Assembly: GCA_046331705.1 (NCBI GenBank)
Contig: JAXLQJ010000017.1
Location: 62,001 to 126,000, forward strand
Origin: a bacterium
GTDB lineage: Bacteria > JADJOY01
DNA: 64,000 bases
Direction of reading: 5' to 3'
Each line of letters opens with the position of its first letter. The stretch's first letter is position 1. Under the pieces are notes generated by a model. The model did not search any database and had not been told where the DNA came from. It worked only from the letters and a program-made list of their open reading frames with translations. The position numbers and the translations under genes are program-made. Below, piece after piece: positions 1-10,333 of the stretch.

Positions 1-687
1 GTACTTCGCTTGCTCGTACCAGCGCGCGGCGTTCGCCATGATCGCACCGGTGGCGAAGCTCTCGATCATTCCGGTGGTGAGCGAGGTCATCATGTCGGTG
101 GACGAGAGCACCACCGGCTGGAACCCCGACGCCTTCCAGGCCTCGACGGCGTTGGGATCACCGGCCCACGCGAAGATCTTCACGCCCTCGGCGTCGGCCG
201 GCTTGTGGAGCGCCTTCTTCGCGAAGAAGTGGATCCAGCCGGTATCGCCCCACGACAGCACCACGTAGCCCTTCTCGAGGAGGCGCTTCTCCCAGACGGG
301 CTCCATCTTCTCGACCACGTAGTTGAACTCGGCGTCGGTGGTGAGCAGACCCGGCACGCCGGCCGCCTGCGGAGCCGGGTCGATGTTGCGCATGCCGACG
401 ATCGTGATCGCCGCCGCCTGCACCTGACCGACGCCCATCTTGGTGACGGTGTCGCCCTCGTTGCCCGTGACGCCGCCCGAGTAGACCTTGAGCTCGACGT
501 CGCCGTTCGACTGCTCCTTCCACTTCTCCGCCAGCTCGAGCAGCAGATTCTCCCAGGCCGATCCCTGGGGCGCGAGTGTCGCGAGCTTGATCTTCACCTT
601 GCCGGCGTGAGCCGTTTCCGGCGTCGCGACGAACAACGCCGCCACCGTCACCACACCCGCGAGCCAGGCACGAATCGCGCGCTGCAT
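1..687 (-). CDS. dctP: TRAP transporter substrate-binding protein DctP (partial, runs off left edge)
   Basis: Read manually (not in ORF track). ATG at 687 with GGAGG upstream; MQRAIRAWLAGVVTVAALFVATPETAHA signal peptide, then KIKLATLAPQGSAW...VELKVYSGGVTGNEGD, typical of the DctP N-terminus. Confidence 0.85.
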   Translation of the reverse strand, partial: MQRAIRAWLAGVVTVAALFVATPETAHAGKVKIKLATLAPQGSAWENLLLELAEKWKEQSNGDVELKVYSGGVTGNEGDTVTKMGVGQVQAAAITIVGMRNIDPAPQAAGVPGLLTTDAEFNYVVEKMEPVWEKRLLEKGYVVLSWGDTGWIHFFAKKALHKPADAEGVKIFAWAGDPNAVEAWKASGFQPVVLSSTDMMTSLTTGMIESFATGAIMANAARWYEQAKY

Positions 688-701
688 CGACGACCTCCAC
701 G

Positions 702-718
702 CACTCGAAAATCGAGTG
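702..718. promoter_or_regulatory. Perfect inverted repeat CACTCGA-AAA-TCGAGTG in the dctP/CSLREA divergent region
   Basis: 7-bp arms, 3-nt spacer, about 15 nt upstream of the dctP start; possible operator or 5'-UTR hairpin. Confidence 0.4.
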
Positions 719-791
719 AGAAAGCCCGGAGGGTAGGCGCGCGCCTCTCCACCGTCAACCGAGCGGCGCGACACACCGCGCCACGCGGGCA

Positions 792-821
792 GCGGCATTT
801 CCCTGCGGCATTTCCCTTGCG
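792..821 (+). promoter_or_regulatory. Candidate sigma-54 (-24/-12) promoter within a 13-bp tandem repeat
   Basis: GCGGCATTTCCCT occurs twice (792-804, 805-817). CGGCAT-TTCCC-TTGCG gives GG(807-808)-N10-GC(819-820), about 55 nt before the ATG at 875. Confidence 0.5.
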
Positions 822-874
822 TGCGAGCGAGCTGGATGCGTACCGTGGGGCGAGAGCGAGACGAGGGAGCCCAC

Positions 875-2830
875 ATGAAACGCGTCGACGCCGCCGTGAT
901 CGCGCTGCTGGTCGGCGGGTCGCCGATCACCGTCCGGAGTGCGGTCGCCGCGACGATCGTCGTGACGAGCACCGCGGACGATCTCGCATCCGGTCCAAAC
1001 GGCGACTGCACGCTGCGTGAAGCCGTGCTCGCGGCCAACGGAGACGTCGCCGTGGATGCCTGCCCCGCCGGCAGCGGCGCGGACGTGATCGAGATCCCCG
1101 CAGGCACCTACACCCTCACGCTCGCGGGCGCGGGAGAGGACGGTGGGCTCACCGGCGATCTCGACGTCACAGGCGATCTCGTCATCGCCGGCGCGGGCCG
1201 CGCGAGCACGGTCATCCGCGCCGGCGTCCCTGGATGGGTCTCGGTCGACCGCGCGATCCACGTCCACGGCGTCGGCAGCGTCGAGATCCGCGACCTCACC
1301 GTTCGCGACAGCGGCGTGACCACCGGCACCGTCGGTCCTGGCGGCGGCATCCTCAACGACGGTGCATCGCTCACCGTGCGCCGCGCGGCGCTGGTTTCCA
1401 ACTTCTGCAGCGCGACGGTGTGGTGGGAGGCGTCGAGCGACGCGGGCGGTGGACTGGCGCAGACCGCCGGCTCGCTGTTGCTCACCGAATCCACCGTGGA
1501 TCAGAACCTCTGCACCCGCGGCGGCGGAATCGGCATCCTCGGCGGCACGTTCACGATCGAGCACTCGGTGTTGCGCCGGAACGTCGCGAGCCCCGCGGGC
1601 GGTGGCCTGCTGCTCGCCGCCGCGGTGACTGGCACGATCGATCACAGCGCCGTCGTGCAGAACGCGGCACGCGCGAGCGACGGTCCGGGCAGCTTCTGGC
1701 CCGGCGGCCAAGGTGGCGGCGTCTTCAACGCCGGCGGCCTCACGATCACCAACTCGACGGTGGCGGGCAACGCGGTGACCTCCGGCTATCCCGACACGAG
1801 CGCAGGAGACGGCATCTACAACGCCGGCACGCTCACCCTCGCCTACGCGACCGTTGCTCGCAACGGCTTCCCGACGCCCTTCGGCGGTGCACCCGCGTAC
1901 CGCGCCATCGAGAATCTCGGCGAAGCGGCAACGACGACGATGCACGGCACGCTGATCCACGAGCATTGCGTCGGCACGGGCTTCGTGAGCACCGGCTTCA
2001 ATCTCGAGCCGCACGCCACCTGCAATCTCGACGACTCGTCCGACTTGTCCAACGCAACCGCGGCCGTGGGCGCCACCCCACAGCCATGGCTCGGAACGTA
2101 CGTGCTGCCGCTGCTCGCGGGATCGGCGGCGCTGGAGAGCGCCGGCGACGATCCCACGTGCCCCGCGGACGACCAGGCGGGCACACCGCGTCCGCTCGAC
2201 GGCGACGGCACGGGCGACGCGAGCTGCGATCGCGGCGCGCTCGAGATGCCTTTCGGGCTCGACGGCGATGGCGACGGCTATCCGGACGAGCTCGACGATT
2301 GCCCCGGCATCGCCGACCCCAATCAGACCGACTACGACTTCGATGGCATCGGCGACGCCTGCGACCTCTGCCCGGACTTGGACGGTGACGGCTACGGGAA
2401 TCGAGCCGATGCGTCATGCCCGAAGATCGGCGTGGACTGCGACGACAGCCGCGCGTACGTGAATCCGGCGATGACGGAGATCCTGGACAACGGGCGGGAC
2501 GACGACTGCAACCCCGCGACCGCCGACTGCACCGACGCCGATGGGGACGGGTATCCCGCCACGAGCTGCCCGTACCCTCCCGTCGACTACGACTGCGACG
2601 ACGGCAACGCCGCGATTCATCCCGGTGCCACCGAGATGCCGCGCAACGGCGTCGACGACGACTGCAACCCGGCGACGCCGGGCGCGTGCACGCCCCAGCT
2701 TGCCGAGGCGGCGGTGGGTGGTGGCGCGGCGCGGGGGCCGTCGGCGACGCCACCGCTGGGCACGGTGCTCGTGGGTGCCATCGCGTTGCGCTCACTGCGG
2801 CGCGCGCGACGCGTGCGGCTCAGATCCTGA
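875..2830 (+). CDS. Secreted CSLREA-domain / beta-helix protein with choice-of-anchor-Q-like region, Asp/Cys-rich Ca/metal-binding repeats and C-terminal anchor
   Basis: ATG 875 after GAGGGAG; signal peptide; VTSTADD...DCTLREAVLAAN; GGGI repeats; DQAGTPRPLDGDG...CDRGALE; TSP3-like DGDGDGYPDELDDCP; two DCDD..P...E...NG.DDDCNPAT repeats; hydrophobic plus Arg-rich tail. Confidence 0.85.
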   Translation: MKRVDAAVIALLVGGSPITVRSAVAATIVVTSTADDLASGPNGDCTLREAVLAANGDVAVDACPAGSGADVIEIPAGTYTLTLAGAGEDGGLTGDLDVTGDLVIAGAGRASTVIRAGVPGWVSVDRAIHVHGVGSVEIRDLTVRDSGVTTGTVGPGGGILNDGASLTVRRAALVSNFCSATVWWEASSDAGGGLAQTAGSLLLTESTVDQNLCTRGGGIGILGGTFTIEHSVLRRNVASPAGGGLLLAAAVTGTIDHSAVVQNAARASDGPGSFWPGGQGGGVFNAGGLTITNSTVAGNAVTSGYPDTSAGDGIYNAGTLTLAYATVARNGFPTPFGGAPAYRAIENLGEAATTTMHGTLIHEHCVGTGFVSTGFNLEPHATCNLDDSSDLSNATAAVGATPQPWLGTYVLPLLAGSAALESAGDDPTCPADDQAGTPRPLDGDGTGDASCDRGALEMPFGLDGDGDGYPDELDDCPGIADPNQTDYDFDGIGDACDLCPDLDGDGYGNRADASCPKIGVDCDDSRAYVNPAMTEILDNGRDDDCNPATADCTDADGDGYPATSCPYPPVDYDCDDGNAAIHPGATEMPRNGVDDDCNPATPGACTPQLAEAAVGGGAARGPSATPPLGTVLVGAIALRSLRRARRVRLRS

Positions 2831-5800
2831 GCGCCACCCCTGGTGTGAGGAAGCAGAGCCACGACTCGACCACGGGGCGGCGGAAGATCTCGGTGACGGC
2901 ACGCGCGTAAAGCGCCATCTGGCCGCGATAGCGCTCGGCAGCGCCTGCAACCTCCGCCGCCGTCACGCGATCGGTCTTGTAGTCGAGCAGCAGGAACCCG
3001 CTTCCGTCCTCGACCTCGGCGAGCAGGTCGATCACGCCTTGCACGACGATACGATCATCCGCACCGGGCCGTCCCGCGATCGCGGGATGGACCTCGCCGG
3101 CGGGGATCCCGAGCGTGAACGGCAGCTCGCGGCGTAGCGCGTGCGGCCGCGCCGCGAGCCTGCAACCGAGATCGGAAGCGCCGAAGGAGACGATCGCGTC
3201 GAGGCCGAGCGCCGCTGCCTGCTCCTCCGTCAGCACCCGTCGCTCGACCAGCGCAGCGACCGCCGCGGCCGTCGCTGCTCGATCCGACCACACCGCGGGG
3301 TCGAGGTGCAGCAGCGCTGCGTGGGTGGCGATCCCCACGTCCACGCCGCCGCGCGCACCGCGCGACGCATCCAGGAAGCGCGGGCGCTCGGCCATCGCTT
3401 CGGCCGACCCGGCCCGTCGCGCCTCGCCGCGGGCGCCGCGGGCGCGCGCGGCCCCGCCGCGCGAGCGCTTCACCACCGGCCACTCGATGCGCGAGGCCGC
3501 CACTGCCGCGGCATCCTCGTCCTCGGGTGCGCCCGGCGCGAAGCGCGACTTGAGCTCGGTCACGCTCATCTTCGCGAATCGAGCCGCCACGGCGGCACGC
3601 GGATAGGTCCAGGCGAAGCGACGCGCGAGCCCTGCGCGCTCCGCCTCGTCCGCGTCGCTCGCGGCCTCGCCGAAGGCGCTCGGATCGAGCGCCGCCACGC
3701 GGGCCCAATCGATCGGTTCATCGCCGGTGGTGGACACGGAGGCGCTCGGGACGACGCGCGCGAGCTCGCTTCTCGACCAGCAGCGGACGGCCCAGCGCGA
3801 CGGCTCCTCGGATCGTGGCGCCACCCGCGCGCCCGCGACGCCGTCATCCGCGAGCAGCGCCCCGTCGGGATGGCGAGCCAGCGCCGGGGCGATCCAGTCG
3901 AGCGGACGGTTGGCGCTGGCGACCAAGGCCTCCGGAAGGCGGGCGCCCGCTCGGCCGGCGCTCGCCGCCCAGCGCGCGCGCTCGTTGGCCACCCCCCGCA
4001 CCGACCCGATCAAGATCAAGCGTTCGCGCGCACGCGTCAGCGCCACGTAGAGGATGCGCATCTCCTCGGCGCGCAGGCTCACCGCCCCGGCAGCGCGCAC
4101 CGCGTGATGCGCCAGCGACGCGAAGCGAGCCTTGAGCTCGCGATCGACGACACGCAGCCCGAGACCGAGATCGCGATGAAAGAGCACGTCGCCCTCGAGC
4201 TCCTGGTCGTTCCACTCGCTGCCCAAGCCACCCACGATCACGAACGGAAACTCGAGGCCCTTCGATTGGTGCACGGTGAGCACGCGCACCACGTCCTCGC
4301 CGGCACCGAGGGTCGCCGCGGCGCCCAGCTCCTCGTCGCGTTCGCGGAGCTTGGCGATGAACGCCAGGAAGCGGGCGAGCCCCTGGCGCGCGAAATGATC
4401 GAACTCGCGCGCGCGGTCGAAGAGGGCCAGCAGGTTGGCGCGGCGCTGCTCGCCACCCGGCATCGCCCCCGCGACGTCCACGAAGCGCGTCTCGCCGTAG
4501 ATCCGCCACACCAAGCGCGAGAGCGGGCCACGCCGCGCGGCGGTGCGCCATTCCTCGATCCGCGCGAGCAGCGTCGCGAGCTTGGCGCGGCTCGATTCGT
4601 CGAGCCCGCCGGCGCCCCCCGCCGCGGCGCGCGCCGCGTCGAGGAAATCGCCCGCGCGATCGGCGAGGCGCATGCGCGCCAGATCGGCGGCGCGAAACCC
4701 GCCGATCGGCGACAGCAGCACCGCCGCGAGCGGGATGTCCTGACGCGGGTTCTCGAGAGTCGCGAGCAGCGCCAGCAGGATCTCGATCTCGGTCGCCGCG
4801 AACCAACCGGTGCCGACGTCCGCGTGGACGGGCACGTGGAACGAGCGAAACACGCTCACGAACGAGGGCGCGCGATGGCGAATCGAGCGCAGCAGCACCA
4901 CCACGTCGCCGTAACGCGCGGGTCGGCTCGCCCACTCGCCGCCCTCGCGCTCCCAGACCTGGGCGGGCGCGACGTTCGCCGCGGCATCGCCCTCGACGAG
5001 GGCACGAGCACGCGCAGCGGCGATGACCGCCTCGCGCTCGGCGGCATTCGCCTCGGCGAGCCAGCGATCGAGCTCGCCGCGCGGCTCTTCCACCGCGCCG
5101 CCGACCTCGACGCCGCTCTCGGCCTCGTCGGCGGCGTCGAGGGGTGCGTCACCGCGCTCCACCAGGTGAAGCTCGACGGGGTGCTCCGCGTCGCGCGCGT
5201 CCGGGCTCCCATCGGCGGGATCCGGATAACCGGCGCCGTAGCGCAGCGCGGCCTCCTCGTCGTACGGGATCGCGCCGACGGCCTCGCTCATGACCTGCCG
5301 GAACAAGAAGTTCACCGCGGCGACGATCGCTCGGCGACTGCGGAAGTTGGCGCTCAGCGCGATCGCCCGCCCCGAGCGATCCCGACGGTAGGCCGCCAAG
5401 CGACTCAGGAAGAGGCCCGGATCGGTGTGTCGGAACCCGTAGATCGACTGCTTCACGTCGCCGACGACGAAGCGATTGCCGGCGACGGACGCATCCGCGC
5501 GCGACGCCTCGCGCGGGTCGCGCGACACCAACGACAGCAGCGCTTCCTGGACTCCGTTCACGTCCTGGTACTCGTCGACGAGCACCTCCTCGAAGCGCGC
5601 GCGCAGCTCGTGGGCGACGTCGCTGGGGCGGAACGCGGCGCGCTCCGGGTCCCACACCCCGAGGATCGCGAGCGCCGCGTGCTCGAGATCGTCGAAGTCG
5701 CCCGCCGCGCGGCGCTTCTTGAGCAGCCGGTAGCCACGCTCGAGCGATTCCACCAACGCGACGAGCGCGCGGGCATGCGGCACCAGCGTCGCCAGGTCCG

Positions 5801-6812
5801 CGAGCCATTCCGACTCCGCGGGCCCGGCGAGCTTGCCGGTCAACGCCGTCACCCGCGCCTTCACCCAGTTCCGGCGCTTCTGGACGAAGTCCTTGAGCGT
5901 CGCGTCCACCTCCGAGCGCACCGGGCTGAGCTTGCCGAACGAGATCGCCGCCAGCGTCGCCACGAGGGACGGCCAGTCCGCGGCGCTCGCGAGCTCCGCC
6001 GCGGCGGCGTCGAGCGTCTCGCCGTCGGCGGCGAGTCGCGCGGCGTAGGCCGCCGGGCCGCCGGGCCGCGCCGACGCCACCTGCAAGCCGGCGAGCTCAG
6101 CGCGTAGCCGCGCCAGCTCACGCGCGACCCACGCGCGAATCGGCGCCCAGTAAGGCGTCTCGTGGACGCCGCCCGCGCGCGCAGCGTTGGCGAGGCGCTC
6201 CACCGCCTCGCTCAGCCACTCCTCGGGGCGCGCCAGGCTCCGCGTGTACGCGTGCAGCGCCGTGACCAACGCCTTCACCGCGACCGGCGCTTCGCCGCCG
6301 CCATAGCTCGTCACCAACGCCAGGAACCCGGGATCCTCGCTGCCATGCGCGTCCTCGAACGCGGCCTCGAGGGCTTCCGCGCGCGTCAGCCGCGCCTCGT
6401 GCTCGTCGAGCACCGCGGCGCGTGGATCGAGCCCGAGGCGGTGGAAATGCTCACGGACCAGCCGCCAGCAAAACGCGTGGATCGTGGAGATGGAGGCGCG
6501 CGGCAGGAGCGCGAGCTGCTCGCGCACGGCGCGATCCTCGCCGCGCTCGCCGAGCACGCGCTCGAGGCGCGCGGCGATTCGCTGGCGCATCTCCGCCGCC
6601 GCGGCTTCCGTGAAGGTCACCACCAGCATCCGGTCGACGGGCACCGGCGCATCCGGATCGAGCAATCGCTGGATCACGCGCTCGACCAGCACGGACGTCT
6701 TGCCCGAGCCCGCGGCGGCGCTGACCAGCACGTCGACGTCGCGGGTGACGATCGCCTCGCGCTGCTCCGGCGTGAAACGCGCCAGGCTCGGGTCGCCCGG
6801 GCGCGCGCTCAC
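2820..6812 (-). CDS. addA: Helicase-exonuclease AddAB subunit A
   Basis: GTG 6812 overlaps addB stop (GTGA). FTPEQREAI, VSAAAGSGKT, VTFTEAAAAEM, VDEYQD, VGDVKQSIYGFR, NFRS, TVHQSKGLEFP, EEMRILYVALTRA, nuclease QGVIDL...DYKTD. Confidence 0.95.
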   Translation of the reverse strand: MSARPGDPSLARFTPEQREAIVTRDVDVLVSAAAGSGKTSVLVERVIQRLLDPDAPVPVDRMLVVTFTEAAAAEMRQRIAARLERVLGERGEDRAVREQLALLPRASISTIHAFCWRLVREHFHRLGLDPRAAVLDEHEARLTRAEALEAAFEDAHGSEDPGFLALVTSYGGGEAPVAVKALVTALHAYTRSLARPEEWLSEAVERLANAARAGGVHETPYWAPIRAWVARELARLRAELAGLQVASARPGGPAAYAARLAADGETLDAAAAELASAADWPSLVATLAAISFGKLSPVRSEVDATLKDFVQKRRNWVKARVTALTGKLAGPAESEWLADLATLVPHARALVALVESLERGYRLLKKRRAAGDFDDLEHAALAILGVWDPERAAFRPSDVAHELRARFEEVLVDEYQDVNGVQEALLSLVSRDPREASRADASVAGNRFVVGDVKQSIYGFRHTDPGLFLSRLAAYRRDRSGRAIALSANFRSRRAIVAAVNFLFRQVMSEAVGAIPYDEEAALRYGAGYPDPADGSPDARDAEHPVELHLVERGDAPLDAADEAESGVEVGGAVEEPRGELDRWLAEANAAEREAVIAAARARALVEGDAAANVAPAQVWEREGGEWASRPARYGDVVVLLRSIRHRAPSFVSVFRSFHVPVHADVGTGWFAATEIEILLALLATLENPRQDIPLAAVLLSPIGGFRAADLARMRLADRAGDFLDAARAAAGGAGGLDESSRAKLATLLARIEEWRTAARRGPLSRLVWRIYGETRFVDVAGAMPGGEQRRANLLALFDRAREFDHFARQGLARFLAFIAKLRERDEELGAAATLGAGEDVVRVLTVHQSKGLEFPFVIVGGLGSEWNDQELEGDVLFHRDLGLGLRVVDRELKARFASLAHHAVRAAGAVSLRAEEMRILYVALTRARERLILIGSVRGVANERARWAASAGRAGARLPEALVASANRPLDWIAPALARHPDGALLADDGVAGARVAPRSEEPSRWAVRCWSRSELARVVPSASVSTTGDEPIDWARVAALDPSAFGEAASDADEAERAGLARRFAWTYPRAAVAARFAKMSVTELKSRFAPGAPEDEDAAAVAASRIEWPVVKRSRGGAARARGARGEARRAGSAEAMAERPRFLDASRGARGGVDVGIATHAALLHLDPAVWSDRAATAAAVAALVERRVLTEEQAAALGLDAIVSFGASDLGCRLAARPHALRRELPFTLGIPAGEVHPAIAGRPGADDRIVVQGVIDLLAEVEDGSGFLLLDYKTDRVTAAEVAGAAERYRGQMALYARAVTEIFRRPVVESWLCFLTPGVALRI

Positions 6813-9800
6813 GGTGCGTGCTCCACGAGGCGTTCGAGAAGCTCGCCGCGCGCCAGCGGCGTCAGCTCGACGTAGCCCTGCCCGCTCACCGCCGGATCGA
6901 ATTGGCAGACGGGCTTCATCGAGCAATAGCCGCACGGCGTACGGTCGCGCCCGAGCTTGTAGGGGCGCGCGGCGATCTCGCCCTTCAGGATGCGCACGCT
7001 GGCCTCGCTCGCGCGCCGCTCGACGTGCGCGAGCAAGCGCGCGAGGTCGGCCGGGCTCGCCACGCTCCCGCGCTTCGAGGTCGAGCCGTCCTTCTTGATC
7101 TCCACCGGCAAGAGATCGGAGGCGCCTTCGGGCTCGGCGCCCATCGCCACCAGCACCGCGGGATCGTCGACCACCACGCCCCGCATGCGGCTCTCCCGCC
7201 GCCACTTGCGTGCGGCCACCTCGCGCGGCGGACGCGCCTCGTGGAGCGGCAACGGATCGTGCACCGGGAAGTAGAGCGCGCCCGCCGGCACGAGCGGACC
7301 ACGCCCGAGACGCGTGCCGTGGGCGGTGACGACCAGCAGATACGCGAGCAGCTGCAGGTCGAGGCCGTGGAACACCCGCGAATCCTCGAGCGCGCGCGGG
7401 CGGCGCTTGTAGTCGATCACTCGCGCCCAGGCGGTGCCGCCCTCGTCGACGTACACGTCCACGCGGTCGATCCGGCCGCGCAGCACCGTGGGCAGCGTGC
7501 CGGCCGGCACGGGGACCTCGAGGCCGGGCAGCACCCATCCGGGCTCGCCGCCGCCACCGGTGCCGAACGGAAGCTCGACGGCGAGCGGCGCGAAACGGCC
7601 ACGGCGCGCATGCTCGCCGAGGAGGCCCACGCTTCCCTCCAGCACTCGCTCCACGGCACCGACCAGATAGCGGTGCTGCGGATCGTCGAGCACCAGCTCG
7701 TTGCGCAGCCGCGGCGCCAACTCCGCGACGAGACGCGCCACGCGCCCGCGAGCATCGGCGTCCGAGACGTCCGCCCACGTCCGACCCTCGGCGGCGAAGC
7801 TCCGCACCAGGCGGCTCAAGACGGCGTGATTGAGCGCCCCCAGATCACTCGGCAAGAGCGCCGCGCTGGGGCGCTCGGCGAGGGCCAGGCCGTGGTTCGC
7901 GAAATGCTGGAAGGGACAGGCGGTGAACGACTCCAGCCGGCTGACGCTGGAGCGCAATCGCTCACGATCGGCGAACAGCGCCAGCGCCAGCTCGTCGCCG
8001 AGCGGCGCCATGCGACGCACGAGCTCGCCTTCGTGATCGAGGGCGGCGAACGGAGCCTGCGCTTCCGCGCGCCACCCCGGATCCGCCGCGATCCAGCGCG
8101 CCAGGCGGCGAGTCCGTGCGTCCGGCGCCACGCCGGCGTCGCGCGCGGCGCGCAACGAGCGGGCCACCGACGCGGCGAGCTCGCGCGGGCGGCTCGGATC
8201 TCGCATCGCCACCGCCGAGGACGGCTCGGGTGCGCGGCGCGCCGCGGGAAAGGCCGCGAGCAAGCGCCGCACGTCGGCGGCGGGCTCGAAGGCTCGGCCA
8301 TCGTCGTCGGCCAAGGGATGGCTGACCCAAAGCCAGTCGGAGGCGCGCGTCAGCGTGAGGTACGCGAAATAGGAGTCGTGGAGCAGGCGCTCGCGCGCCG
8401 TCGCGCCGAGCGCGAGCCCGCGGGCGGCGAGCAGCTCGCGGTCGGCGTCGGTGAAGATCGGATCCTCGCTCGGCACCGGCGGGTAAGCCCCGTCGATCGC
8501 GCCCAGCACGAACGCGGCGCGCGTGCCCAGGTGCCGCGAGCGCTCGATCGTGCCGACCACCACCTGATCGAGCCCGGGCGGGATCATCCCGAGATCGAGC
8601 GATTCGAGGCCCGCCTCGAGGATCGCGAGGAAGCCGTCGAGTGTCTGCGGCTGATCGCCGAGCGCATCGACCAGCTCGTCGAGCAGCGCCACCACGCCGC
8701 GCCACGCCTGCTGATGCTCGCGGGCCTGCTCGGGCTGGCCAGCCGCGACCGCCTCCTGCGCCCAGCGCCCGAGCGTGGTGGCGACGTCGAGCGATTCGAG
8801 CAATCCCCACACCGCCTCGGCGAGCACGCGCGTGTCGAGGCGCGCGACCGCCGCGAGCCGCGCGCGCATCGTCGCGAGCGCCTCGACGGCACGGCGACGA
8901 TCGCGATCGAGGCGCGCCAGCTCCGCCTGTGTCGCCCGATCCAGCGGGCGATCCTCCTCGAGCGAGAGCTGGCGGACGAACCGCCACGGCGCATCTCCGT
9001 ACCAGGCCTCTGCGCGGATGCCATGGGCGAGCGCGTAGCTCTCCAGACGGTCGACGACGTCGCGCTCGACCGCCACCAGGTCGGTGCGCAGGTAACGGAA
9101 CACGGCCTCGTGGCGCCAATCGTGGGTCAGCACCTCGAGCGCGGCGCGCACGAGCTCCACCAGCGGGTGGTGCGGAATCGGACGGCGACGATCGACGAAG
9201 ACCGGTACGCCGTGCTCCGGGAAGATCGCCTCGACGAGATCGGCGTACGCGTCCAGATCTCGCAGCACCACCGCCATGTGGCGGTAGCGAATGCCCTCCT
9301 CGCGGGCGAGACGCAGAATCTCGCGTGCTGCGGCCTCGACCTCGTCGCGCCGCCGCTTGAGCGGCGCCACGGTGATCCGCCGCACGTCCCCCCCGAACGC
9401 CGCCACGGGCGTCGTCTCGAAGAAGCTCGCCTCCAGGTGGGCCAGGTCCGGTGCCGCGTCGAAGCGAAACGGCGGGCGGCCGGCGCGATCGAGCAGCACG
9501 GGCGCCTCGAGCACGACACCGCGCCGCTTGGCGAGCGCTTGCAGCGCGACACTGGTCTCGAGCGAGGGATGAAAGAGATAGGTCGAATCGGAGAGCGTGG
9601 TCGGATCGGGTTCGCGTCGCGAATCGAGGAGCAGCGTCACGCTCACCCGGTCGGCCACCGCCAGCAGCTCACCGACCACCTCCAGCTCCTCGGGCGTGAA
9701 ACCCGCGAAGCCGTCGATCCACACCGACGCGCCGCGCAGCTGGGCGGAACGACCGAGGCCCGCCACCAGCAGACCCAACTGGACGTCGGGATCGGTGAAG

Positions 9801-10333
9801 CGATCCGCACAGTGATCCTCGAGCGCCTCGGTCAGCAGCGCCAGATCGCGCGCCTTGAGCGACAGCGTGCTCGGCCCTCCGCGCTCCGCCTCGAGCGCTG
9901 CGGCGCGCTCGCGCAGCGCCACCGCCGTCACGCCTTGCGCCCGAAGCTCGCGGATCGAGCCCGCGAGCCGCGGCGGCAGGCCGACGCGGTCGGCGAGGCG
10001 CCCGAAGACGAACAGCTCATCGCGATGCCGATCGAGCAACGCCGCGAGCACCATGCGCTTGCCGAGGTCACCCAGCACCGGGCGCGCCGCGCCACCGATC
10101 TCCTGCAGCACACGCCACGCGAGCCGCCGAAAGCTCAAGACCTGGGCACGCGCGAAACCGCGCAACGGCTCGCTCGCGAGCAGCGCCTGCTCGGTCTGGA
10201 ACGTCGCCTGCTCCGGGACCAGCACCACCAGCGGCGGTCCCGCGGGCCGACGCGCGAGCTCGGCCGCCACCTCGTCGAGACAGCGGCGGGTCTTCCCGGT
10301 CCCGGTTCGTCCATAAATGAAACGAAGTGTCAT
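6809..10333 (-). CDS. addB: Helicase-exonuclease AddAB subunit B (Fe-S staple)
   Basis: MTLRFIYGRTGTGKT Walker A, LVPEQATFQTE, LSFRRLA, IDGFAGFT, SVSRLESFTACPF, LRGRIDRVD...IDYK, C-terminal CGYCSMKPVC. Confidence 0.95.
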   Translation of the reverse strand: MTLRFIYGRTGTGKTRRCLDEVAAELARRPAGPPLVVLVPEQATFQTEQALLASEPLRGFARAQVLSFRRLAWRVLQEIGGAARPVLGDLGKRMVLAALLDRHRDELFVFGRLADRVGLPPRLAGSIRELRAQGVTAVALRERAAALEAERGGPSTLSLKARDLALLTEALEDHCADRFTDPDVQLGLLVAGLGRSAQLRGASVWIDGFAGFTPEELEVVGELLAVADRVSVTLLLDSRREPDPTTLSDSTYLFHPSLETSVALQALAKRRGVVLEAPVLLDRAGRPPFRFDAAPDLAHLEASFFETTPVAAFGGDVRRITVAPLKRRRDEVEAAAREILRLAREEGIRYRHMAVVLRDLDAYADLVEAIFPEHGVPVFVDRRRPIPHHPLVELVRAALEVLTHDWRHEAVFRYLRTDLVAVERDVVDRLESYALAHGIRAEAWYGDAPWRFVRQLSLEEDRPLDRATQAELARLDRDRRRAVEALATMRARLAAVARLDTRVLAEAVWGLLESLDVATTLGRWAQEAVAAGQPEQAREHQQAWRGVVALLDELVDALGDQPQTLDGFLAILEAGLESLDLGMIPPGLDQVVVGTIERSRHLGTRAAFVLGAIDGAYPPVPSEDPIFTDADRELLAARGLALGATARERLLHDSYFAYLTLTRASDWLWVSHPLADDDGRAFEPAADVRRLLAAFPAARRAPEPSSAVAMRDPSRPRELAASVARSLRAARDAGVAPDARTRRLARWIAADPGWRAEAQAPFAALDHEGELVRRMAPLGDELALALFADRERLRSSVSRLESFTACPFQHFANHGLALAERPSAALLPSDLGALNHAVLSRLVRSFAAEGRTWADVSDADARGRVARLVAELAPRLRNELVLDDPQHRYLVGAVERVLEGSVGLLGEHARRGRFAPLAVELPFGTGGGGEPGWVLPGLEVPVPAGTLPTVLRGRIDRVDVYVDEGGTAWARVIDYKRRPRALEDSRVFHGLDLQLLAYLLVVTAHGTRLGRGPLVPAGALYFPVHDPLPLHEARPPREVAARKWRRESRMRGVVVDDPAVLVAMGAEPEGASDLLPVEIKKDGSTSKRGSVASPADLARLLAHVERRASEASVRILKGEIAARPYKLGRDRTPCGYCSMKPVCQFDPAVSGQGYVELTPLARGELLERLVEHAP

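Noticed and set aside
10-1020. 336-aa + strand ORF at the window start
   Set aside because: Antisense shadow of dctP, which the ORF track missed because it runs off the edge.
2430-2680. Repeated GACGACTGCAACCC sequence as a possible CRISPR or DNA repeat
   Set aside because: Only two copies, and they encode the protein's Asp/Cys metal-binding repeats.
6813-7778. Apparent 320-aa N-terminal extension of AddA (1652-aa ORF)
   Set aside because: Arg-rich off-frame read of addB; the real start is the GTG at 6812 overlapping the addB stop.
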